Of a DNA stretch of 64,000 nt, positions 38,926-49,736 are shown piece by piece. The stretch is from positions 88,414,001 through 88,478,000 of the forward strand of contig CM052817.1 of the NCBI GenBank assembly GCA_028534125.1, in the 5' to 3' direction. The notes beneath the pieces were generated by a model. The model had not been told where the DNA came from and made no database searches. It worked only from the letters and a program-made list of their open reading frames with translations. Every line of letters begins with the position of its first letter. Position 1 is the first letter of the stretch. This DNA is from Lama glama (lineage: Eukaryota). The translations under genes and the position numbers were made by a program.

Positions 38926-39577
38926 GCCTTTCTACTTTTAAACAACTCTTGTGGTTCATAACTGCCATCTCCAGCTTTACCATCTACTCTTAGCTCTCTA
39001 ACTAGAGTTAAAACAAGACAATGGATGATGAGAAAGTTGTGATCCTGGAGGCAGAACAGTGATGAGGTCAGGCAAACATGAGAGTGACCTGGAAATACGG
39101 TCGATTAAATTTGTAAATTGTGGTTGATTTAGCCATCTTTTACAAATCAATTTATCTATGTCTATGCAATGCAAAATTATTGAATTAGTAATTTAGTGTA
39201 ACTAAGCTATCCCAATAGTAAGAGATTTCAATCACCAAATAATTTTGGAAGGAAAATAAGTCTCTAAAATTCTGTGAAGTTCTTTTATTTCTTTTCATTA
39301 CATACCATGTAAGTATGAAAAAAACTGTTTCGGAAAAGTATTATGAAATACTTGTTCTCATGTCTACATATCTAGGAATTTAAAATGTTATTAACTGACA
39401 TGTTAGTAGTATTAAAATATCCATTTCATCATTTGACTTTAATTAAAATAACTGTCAAATAGCCTATTCTTTTTCTGTAACCCATACTCACTCCCCCTAC
39501 TATTTAAAAATACTATTTTAAAACAGAAAAAGTTGCATTTTCTAGTGGTGATGATACAAATAAGGAAGAAATTTCAG

Positions 39578-39736
39578 TTTATGTCAGTTTTAAAGTGTTC
39601 TTTCATGTTATATGTTTTCTAGATAAGATTTCAATATTTTTGAGTTAATATTTAGTAAGTTAAATAGAGGTTGAAATTTTCGTAAAACATTTGAAAATGT
39701 AAATTTAATCATTATGCTTATTTTCTTAAATGTTTT
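39578..39736 (+). repeat. Left copy of a diverged direct repeat flanking the L1 block
   Basis: Aligns colinearly with 49588-49736 (tttatgtca.ttttaaagtgtt.tttcatgtta ... taaatttaatcat....ttattttcttaaatgt). Confidence 0.9.
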
Positions 39737-39960
39737 TTTTTCCCCAGAGCCAGGGAATATTTTTATTTTATTTTTAATTTTTAAATATACATATATGTAC
39801 CATTCATCGTTTCTAAGAACAGTTCAGAGCTTTAGTAAACTTACATAGTTATCAAAGGAATAAAGCCAAACACAAAGTAAGAATCAACAGAATGAAGTAA
39901 TCCAAATATAAAGGACAGTCAAGTGTGCTTATACATGTTTTAAAAATCAGTCGTCTAAGT
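39733..39960 (-). other. Polyadenylated non-L1 segment at the 3' end of the L1 block (transduction or mRNA 3' end)
   Basis: T9 at 39733-41; AATAAA on - at 39762-67, 20 nt from the tail; no L1 similarity recognised until about 39961. Confidence 0.65.
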
Positions 39961-42900
39961 TATAAATAATAAGTAGTTCATTTGTATCTTTTTTTTTAAG
40001 ATTCTATATATAAGTGATATTATTTGGCATTTTTCTTTCTTTTTCTGGCTTACTTCACCTAGAATGATGATCTCCAGGTCCATCCATGTTGCTGCAGATG
40101 GCATTACTTTATTCTTTCTTATGGTTGAGAAGTATTCCAGTGTATATATATCCCATCTTCTTTATCCAATCATCTGTTGATGGGCATTTGGGTTGTTTCC
40201 ATATCTTGGCTATAGTAAATAATGCTGCTGTGAACACTGGGGTGCATGTGTCTTTTTGAATTATATTTTTCTCTGGGTATATGCCCAGGAGTGGGATTGC
40301 TGGATCATATGGTAAGTCTGGTTTTCCTTTTTCTAAGGAACCTCCATAGTGGCTGTACCAATTTACATGCCCAATAACAGTGTAAGAGGGTTCATTTTTC
40401 TCCACACCCTCTCCAGCATTTATCATTTGTAGACTTTTTAATGATGGCTATTCTGGCTGGTGTGAGGTGATGCCTCACTGTAGTTTTGATTTGCATTTCC
40501 CTAACAATTAGTGATGTTGAGCCTCTTTTCATCTGCTTGTTGGCCATCTGTCTTCTTTGGAGAGATGTCTATTTAGGTCTTCTGCCATTTTTTGATTAGG
40601 TTGCTTGTTTTTCTGATATTAAGGTGTATGAGCTGTTTGTATTTTTTGGAAATTAGTCCCTTGTCGGTCATATCCTATGCTAATATTTTCTCCCATTCTG
40701 TAGGTTGTCTTTTCATTTTGTTGATGGTAAGCTTAGCTATGCAAAAGCTTTTAAGTTTAATTAGGTTCCATTTGTTTATTTTTTGCTTTTATTTCCATTA
40801 CTCCAGGAGCTAGTTCAAAACTGATTTGTGTCCAAAAGTGTTCTGCCTTTATTTTCCTCTAGGAGTTTTATGGTATCTGGTCTTACATTTAAGTCTTTAA
40901 TCCATTTTGAGTTTATTTTTGTATATGGTGTTACAGAATGTTCTAATTTCAGTCTTTTACAGGCAACTGTCCAGTTTTCTGAGCACCATTTATTGAAGAG
41001 ACTGTCTTTCTTCCATTGTATATTCTTGCCTCCTTTGTTATAGATTAATTGACCATAAGCGTGTGGGTTTATTTTTGGGCTCTCTAGTCTGTTTCATTGA
41101 TCTGTATGTCTGTTTTTTGTGTCAATACCATGCTGTTTCAATTGCTGTAACTCTGTAGTATTGTCTGAAGTCTGGGAGGGTTATTCCTATAGCTTTTGTT
41201 CTTTTTCTTCAGTATTGCTTTGGCAATTCTGGGTCTTTTGTGATTTGTGTAAATTTTAGGGAGTATTTGATCTAGTTTTGTGAAAAATATTCTGGGTAAT
41301 TTGAAAGGGATTGCATTAAATCTCTAGATTTCTGTGGGTAGTATGGCCATTTTAATAATATTAATTCTTCCAATCACAGAGCATGGAGTATCTTTCCATT
41401 TCTTTAAATCATCTTTAATTTCCTTCATCAATGTTTTGCAGCTCTCAGCATATAAGTATTTCACCTCCTTGGTCAGGTTTATTCCTAAGGGTTTTTTTGT
41501 TTTTTTTTTTTCTTAAAGAGATTGTTTTTCACTTTCCTTTTCTGACATTTTATTGTTACCATAAAGAAATGCAACTGATTTCCATATGGTAATTTTGTAT
41601 CCTGCTACCTTGCTGAATTTGTTTATTAGCGCTACTAGTGTTTTTGTAGTCTTTAGGGTTTTCTATATATAGTATCTTGTCATTTGCATATAGTGACAAT
41701 TTTTATTCCATTTTGGACCCCTTTTATTACTTTTTCTTGTCTGATTGCTATTGGCTAGGATTTCTAATACTTTACTGAATAGAAGTGGTGAAAGCAGGCA
41801 TCCTTGTTTTGTTCCAGATTTTACTGGGAAAGCTTTGAACACTTCATCATTGAGTTTTGTATTTGTATGTGGGTTTGTCATAGATAGATTTTCTTATGTT
41901 GAGATATGCTCCCTCTGTGCCCACTTTGGTACAACTCTTTACCATGAAAGGATGTTGGATTTTATCAAATGCTTTTTCTGCACCTATTGAGAAGATCATG
42001 TGCTGGTTGTCCTTTCTTTTGTTGATGAGGTGTATCACACTGATTTATTTCTATATGTTGAACCATCCTTGTGACCCTGAGATGAATCCAACTTCATGAT
42101 AGTGTAGAATCTTTGTATGTGTTATTGGATTTGTTTTGCTAATATTTTATTCAGAATTTTTGCATATATGTTCATCAGTGATACTAGTATCTGATTGTAT
42201 TTTTTGGTAGTGTCCTTGTCTGGTTTTGGTATCAGGGTGATAGTGGCATCAAAGAATGACTTTGGGAGAATACCCTCCTCTTCAAACTTTTGGAAGAGTT
42301 TGAGAAGGATCAGTTTAAGTTGTTCTTTGCATGTTCGGTAGAGTTCCCTAGCAAAGACATTTGGTCATAAACTTCTGTTTGTAGGGAAGTTTTTTATTGC
42401 AGATTCTATTTCACTTCTAGTGATGGTCTGTTCAAATTACCTACTTTTTCTTGATTCAGTTTTGGTGTACTGTTTTTAGAAACCTGTCCATTTCTTCTAG
42501 GTGACCCAATTTGTTCCCATACAATTGTTCATAGTATTCTTATTTTTTTTAATTTCTGTGGAATTGGTTGTAATTTCTTTTTCAGTTCTTATTTTGTTTA
42601 TTTGGGTCCTGTCATCTTCTTGGTGAGACTAATCAAATGTGTTGGTGGTTTTTTTTCCTTATGTTTTTAATCTCTATTTTATTTATTTCCTCCTTGATCA
42701 TTCTTTCTTTCCTTCTGCTGACTTTAGCTATTGTTTGTACTTCTGTTTCTAACTTTTTTGGGTGTAGGATACATTGGTTATTTGAGATTGTTGTTTTTTG
42801 AAGAAGGCCTCTATCGCTATGAACTTCCCTCTTAGGATTGCTTTTGCTGCATCCCGTAGATTTTGTGTTTCCATTGTCACTTGTCTCAAGGTATTTAATT

Positions 42901-43620
42901 TCCTGTTTGATTTTATTGTTGACAAATTGATTTTTTTTTTTAGTAGCAGGTTGTTTAGACTCCAATCATTTTTTCTCCTTTCTCTTTTTGTGGTTGATTT
43001 CTGGTTTCATTCCTTTGTGTCAGAAAAGATCCTTGAAATATTTCTATCCTTTTGTATTTGTTAAGGATTGTTCTGTGTCTGAGTATATAGTCTAGGAGAA
43101 TGTTCCATATGCACCTGAAAAGAATGTATATTCTGGTTTTTTCTTAATGTAAAGTCCTGAAAATATCAATTAAGCCTAACTATTCTATTGTGTAATTTAA
43201 GATCTCTGTTGTCTTACTGATTTGCTGTCTGTAAGATCTGTCAATTGATATTAGTGGGGTGTTAAAACCTCCTACCATTACTGTATTTCCATCAATTTCT
43301 CCCTTTATGTCTTGTAGTATTTGTTTTATGTATCTCAGTGCTCTTACATTGGGTGCATGTATGTTAACAAGTGTAATAACTTCTCGTATTGATCCTTTTA
43401 TCATTATATGTTGTCTTTCTTTATCTTTCTGGCCTTTTTAAAAAAATCAGTTTTGTTTGATATGAGTATTGCTACCCCTGCTTTCTTGTCATTTCCATTT
43501 GCATGAAATCTCTTTCCATCCCCTCCTGTTCAACCTATGTGTGCCCTTTGCCCTAAAGTGGGTCTCTTGTAGGCAGCATATTGTAGGCTCTTGTTTATTA
43601 TCCAATCAGCCATTCTGTTC
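39961..43620 (-). mobile_element. L1 copy A: ORF2 remnant, lacking the distal 3' UTR and ending within the endonuclease region
   Basis: ORF2 fragments (MIKGSIREVITLVNIHAPN..., [40 protein letters not shown]) with many stops and frameshifts. Confidence 0.95.
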
Positions 43621-46600
43621 CTTTTATTTTTTGAAGTATATTTGATTTACAATGTTGTTAGTCTCAAGTGTACAGCATGATTCATTTATACATATACATA
43701 TATATTCTTTTACAGATTCATTTCCATTATAGGTTATTACAAGATACTGAACATAGTTCCTTGTGCTATACAGTAGGTCTTTATCATTTATCTATTTTAT
43801 ATATAGAAGTGTGCATATGTTAATCCCAAACTCCTAATTTCCCCCCAACACACATCCCTTTGCCCTTTGTTAAGTATACTTCGTTTTCTGTGTAACTCCA
43901 TTTCTGGTTTGTAAATCAGTTCATTTATATCATTTTTTTAGATTCCATATATGAGTGATATCATATAATATTTGTCTCTCTGATTTACTTTACCTAATAT
44001 TATAATCTCTAGGTCCATATATGTTGCTGCAAATGATATTATTTCATTTTTTATGGCTAAGTAATGTTGTGTATATATATAGGAGGGTGTGTGTCTGTTT
44101 GTATACACACATCTTCTTTATCCATTCGTATGTCAGTAGATATTTAGGTTGCTCTAATTTCTTGGCTGTTATAAATAGTGCTTTATGAATATTGGGGTGC
44201 ATATGTCTTTTCAAGTTAGAGTTTTCTCCAGATAAATGCCCAGGCGTGGGATTGGTGGATCATATGTTAATCCTATTTTTAGTTTTTTAAAGGAGTCTCC
44301 ATACTATTCTCCAGGGCGGCTGCACCATTTTACACTCTCACCAACAGTATAGGATGGTTACCTTTTCTCTGTACCTCTCCACCATTTCTCCTTTGTAGAC
44401 TTTTCAATGATGGCCATTCTGATTGGTGTGAGGGTGATACCTCATTGTAGTTTTGATTTGCATTTCTCTGATACTTAGAGATAATGAGCATCTTTTCATG
44501 TGCCTATTGCCAAGCTGTATGTCTTCTTGGGCAGAAGACCTACGTAGATATTTCTCCAATATTTTGATTGAGTTGTTTGGTTTTTTGTTTTGGATAAGCT
44601 GCATGAGCTATTTATATATTTTGGAAATTAATCCCTCGTCATTTTCATTATTTGCAAATATCTTTTCTCATTCTGTAGGTTGTTTTTTCATTTCATGTAT
44701 GGTTTCCTTTGCTGTGCAAAAGCCTTTAAGTTTAATTAGGTCCCATTTACTTATTTTTTTGCTTTTATTTTCATGACTCTAGGAGACAGATCAAAAAAAA
44801 ATATTGCTGCAATTTATGTCAAGGAGTGTTTTTGCCTGTGTTTTCTTTTAGACCTTTTGTAGTATCTGGTATTACATTTATTTATGTCTTTTATCTGTTT
44901 TGAGTTTACTTTTGTATATGGTGTTTTAGAATGTTCTAGTTTCATCCTTTTATGTGTAGCTGTCCAATTCTCCAGCACCACTTATTGAAGAGACTCTTTT
45001 CTCTATTATATATTCTTATCTCCTTTGTCATAGATTAATTGACCATAAGTGTGTGGGTTTATTTTGGGGCTTTCTATATTGTTCCATTGATCTATGTGTC
45101 TATTTTTGTGCCTGTACCATACTGTTTTGATTACTGTAGCTTTGTAGGATAGTCTGAATTCAGGGAGCATGATTGCTTCAGCTGCATTCTTCTTTCTCAA
45201 AATTGTTTTGGCTATTCAAGTTCTTCTGTGTTTCCATACAAATTTTAACATTTTTTGTTCCAGTTCTTTGAGAAATGCCATTGGTAATTTGATAAGGATT
45301 ACATTGAATCAGTAGATTGCCTTGGGCAATATGGCCATTTTAAGAATATTCGTTTTTCCACTCCAAGAACATGGTAAATCTTTTCATCTGTTAGTGTTAT
45401 CTTCAGTTTCTTTCATCAATGTCTTAATAGTTTTTGGAGTACAGGTCTTTTGCCTCCCTAGGTAGGTTTATTCCTAGATATTTTATTCTTTATGCTGTGA
45501 TGGTAAATAGGACTGTTTCCTCAATTTCTTTTTCTGATATTTCATTGTTAGTGTATGGATTAATTTTGTATCCTGTAACTTTACTGAATTCATTGATCAG
45601 CTCTAGTAGTTTTCTGGTAGTACGTTTAGGATCTTCTATGTATAGTGTCATGTCATCTGCAGAGTGACAGTTTTTAATACTTTTCCAATTTGGACTTCTT
45701 TTTGTTTTCTCTTCTTCTCTGATTGCTGCAGCTAGGACTCCCAAAACTATGCTGAATAAAAGTGAGAGTGGACATACTTTTCTTGTTCCTGATCTTGGTG
45801 GAAATGGTTTTAGCTTGTCACCATTGAGTGTGATGTTAGCTGTGGGTTTGTCATACATGGCCTTTATTATGTTGAGGTATGCTCCTGTATGCCCACTCTC
45901 TGGAGTTTTGTTTATCATCAATGGATTTTGACTTTTATCAAAAGCTTTTCTGCATCTACTGAGATGATCATATCATTTTTATTCTTCAGTTTGTTAATGT
46001 GGTGTATCACATTGATTGACTTGCAGATATTGAAAAATCCCTGCATCCCTGGGATAAATTCCACTCAATCATGATGTATGATTCTTTTAATGCATTGTTG
46101 GAGTCAATTTGCTGGTATTTTGTTGACAATTTTTGCATCTATATTCATAAGTGATATTGGCCTGTAATTTTTTTGGTGATATCTGTCTGGTTTTGGTATC
46201 AGGATGATTATGGCCTGACAGAATGAGTTTGGAAGCGTTCCTTCTTCTGTAATTTTTTGAAATGGTGTGAGAAAGATATGTGTTAACTCTGTCTTTGGTA
46301 GAATTCCTCTGTGAAGCCATCTGGTCCTGGACTTTTGTTCGTTGGGTGTTTTTTAATTACTGATTCAATTTTTATTACTGGTAATTGGTCTATTCATATT
46401 TTGTGTTTTTTTGCCGGCTCAGTCTTGGCAAACTGTACCCTTCTAAGAAATTGTCCATTTCTTCTATGTGTCCTTTTTGTTGGCATGTAGTTGCTCATAG
46501 TAGCCTCTTATCCCTTGTATTTCTGTGGTGTTGGTCATAACTTCTCCTTTTTCATTTGTGATTTTTTTTTTTTAATTTGAGCCATCTACTTTTATCTTGA

Positions 46601-49545
46601 TGAGTCTTACTAAAGGTTTATCAATTTTGTTTTTTTTCTCAAAGAACCAGCTTTTAGTTTCATTGAAATTTTCTATTGCTTTTTTAGCCTCTGTTTCATT
46701 TATTTTTGCTCTAATCTTTGATTTATTTTCTTCTAACTTTGGGTTTTGTTCTTCTTTCTCTAGCTGCTTTAGGTCTAAGGTTAGGTTGGTTATTTGAGAT
46801 TTTGCTTGTTTCCTGAGGTGGGCTTGTATTACTATAAACTTCCCTCTGAGAACTGCTTTTCCTGTGTCCCAGAGGTTTTGGATCATTGTTTTTGTTTTCA
46901 TTTTTCTCAAAGTATTTTTTGATTTCCTCTTAGATTTCTTCACTGACCCATTGGTTGTTCAGTAGCATATTGTTTTGCCATGTATGACAAATCCATGGCT
47001 AACATCACACTCAATGGTGACAAACTAAAACCATTTCCACCAAGATCAGTTTTTTTTTTTTTAACAGTTTTTTCTTTGTAGTTGATTTCTAACCTTATAG
47101 TGTTGTGTTGGAAAAGATGCTTGGTACAATTTCAATTTTCTTAAAGTTACTGAGTCTAGCTTTGTGGACTGGCATGTGGTCAGTTTTGGAGAATGTTCCT
47201 TGTGAACTTGAGAAGAATGTGTATTCTATTGCTTTTGGATGGAATCCTCTATAGATATCATTAAGTCCATCTGGCCTAATGTGTCATTTAGGGCCTGTAT
47301 TTCCTTATTGATTTTCTGTCTGGATGATTTGTCCATTAATGTAAGTGGGGTGTTAAGGTCCCCCATCATTACTGTGTTTTTGTCGATTTCTCCTTTTATG
47401 TCTGTTAACAATTGCCTTATACATGGAAGTGTTCCTATGTTGAGTACATAAATACTTACAATTGTTATATCCTCTTCTTGGATTGATCCCTTAAGCATTA
47501 TGTAGTGTCCTTCTTTGTCTTTTGTAACAGTTTTTATTTTAAAGCCTATTTTGTCTGATATAAATATTGGTACTTCAGCTTTCTTTTGGTTTATGTTTGC
47601 ATGGAATATCTTTTTCCATCCCCTTAATTTCAGCCTGTATGTATGTCTAGCTCTGAAGTGGGTCTCTTGTAGACAGAATATATATGGTTCTTGTTTTTGT
47701 ATCCATTTAGCCAGTCTGTGTCTTTTGGTTGGAGCATTTAATCTATTTACATTTAAGGCAATTATCAATACGTATGTTTTTATTGCCATTTTGTTGATAG
47801 TTTGGGGTTTGTTTTTGTAGTTCCTTTTTTTCCCTATTCTTCTTGCTCTATTTGCTTGTGTTTTGATGACTGGAAAATTTCTTTTAACATTTGCTGTAAA
47901 GCTGGTTTGGTGGTGATGAATTCTTTTAGCTTTTATCTGTGAAACTTTTGATTTTTCCATCAATTCTGAATGAGAGCCTTGCTGGATAGAGTATTCTTGG
48001 TTATAAGTCTTTCCTTTTCATCACTTTAAATATATAGTGTCACTCCTTTGTGGCCTGTAGAGTTTCTACTGAAAAATCAGCTGATAAATTTATGGGAGTT
48101 CCCTTGTATATTATTTGTTGCTTTTTTCTTGGCAATTTTAATATTTTCTCCTTACCCTTAATTTTTGTCAGTTTGATTACTGTGTGCCTTGGTGTGTTCC
48201 TCTTTGGGTTCATCCTGTGTAGAACTCTCTGCACTTCCTGAACTTAGGTGACTGTTTCCTAAATTAGGGAAGTTTTTGGTTTATTATCTCTTCAAAAATG
48301 TTCTCAGGCTCTTTCTCTCTCTTCTTTCTAGGACCCCATAATGTGAATATTAGTGTGCTTCATGTTGTCCCAGAGCTCTCTTAAACTATCCTCGTTTCTT
48401 TTCATTCTTTTTTCTTTTCTTCTGTTCTGCAATAGCGATTTCCACTAATCTGTCTCCCAGCTCACTGATCCATTCTTCTGCCTCATTTAGTCTATTCTTG
48501 GTTCCTTCTAGCATGTTATTCATCTCAATAATTTTATTTAACTTTATATATTCCAACTTTTTTCTAAAAACTTCACTCTGTGCATCTATACTCCTTGAGT
48601 TCTCTGAACATCTTGGTAATCATTACTTTAAACTGTTTCTCAGATAAATTGCCTATTTCCTAATCACTTATTTCTTCTTCTAGGATTTTATCTTGTGCCT
48701 TGGCCTCATAGATATTCCTTTTCCACATCATATTGTCTATCTTTCTATTTGTATTTTTAGGTAGGTTAGTTACTTTCTCAGCCTTGGAGAAGTGGCCCTC
48801 TGTAGGAGACATCCTATGTGACCCAGCTGTACATTCCTCTCTTGTCACCCAAGGGCGAGGGTCCAGCTGGCCCCAATCCCTTTGTGGATTCCTTCCACAT
48901 GTTTTGGGATTGCTGTTTTCTTATTTCTGGTATCTGCCCCCTGGCATATGAGGCAGGACTAGAGGCTTATGCAGGTTTCCTGGCAGGAGGAATTGGTGCC
49001 TGCCCACTGCTGGGTGGAGCTTGGTCCTGGACCTCTGGTGGGTTGGGCCATGCTTAGAGATACCTGTTTCTCAGGAAGTCTGCTGATGAGTGGGGCTGTG
49101 TTCCCACCCAGTATGTTATTTGGCTTGAGGCTTCCCAACCCTTAAGCCTACAGGCTGTTGGGTGGGGCTAGGTCTTGGTGTTTAATGATCTAATCAAGAT
49201 GTCAGCCTCCAGGAAGCTCACACAGATGAACACTCCCAGAATCTCCACCACCAGCTTTTATGTTCCCTGGGTGAGCCACAGCTGTCCCCCACCTCCCCAA
49301 GAGGCCTTTTAAAACCAGCAGGCAGGTTCCTATGAAATCACTGCCTTTGCCCTTGGATCTGATGCATGCAAGATTTTGTGTACACTTCCCAAGTGAATGA
49401 AATCTCCGCTTCCCCTAGTCCCATGGGGCTCCTGGAGTTACGCCCCACTGGCTTTCAAAACCAGATATCCTGGGGTCTCCTCCCAGTGCCAGAATCCTGG
49501 GCTGGGGAGCCTGACCTGGGGATCAGAACTCTCATTCCTATGGGG
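43621..49545 (-). mobile_element. L1 copy B: near-full-length, inactivated (5' UTR, ORF1, ORF2, 3' UTR)
   Basis: GC-richer 5' UTR at about 48780-49545; ORF1 remnants (NPKRNTPRHTVIKLTKIK...YKGTPINLSADFSVETLQA); ORF2 ATG at 47789 (MAIKTYVLIIALNVNRLNAPTKRHRL...CLQETH); 3' UTR/poly(T) at 43621; both ORFs are disrupted. Confidence 0.96.
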
Positions 49546-49587
49546 GGGGGTTGGCTCTCTGTGACTTTAACTGAAATTGCTTTCTTA

Positions 49588-49736
49588 TTTATGTCAATTT
49601 TAAAGTGTTGTTTCATGTTATTATATTTTCTAGATAATAACTCAAATATTGGAATCTTATTTAATAAGTTAGAGATTCAAATTTTCTTACAAAATTTGAT
49701 AAATTTAATCATGCTGATTATTTTCTTAAATGTCTT
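49588..49736 (+). repeat. Right copy of the direct repeat, ending at an L1 endonuclease-type site
   Basis: Colinear with 39578-39736; ends ...aatgTCTT|AAag. Confidence 0.9.

Noticed and set aside
47226..47963. Longest ORF (245 aa) as a host gene or active endonuclease
   Set aside because: It is the L1 inter-ORF region plus the ORF2 endonuclease N-terminus, frameshifted and truncated inside a decayed L1.
39721..49730. Exact 10,000-bp offset between the ends of the two direct repeats
   Set aside because: The offset is 10,010 at the start of the repeats and varies with indels, so it is treated as coincidence.
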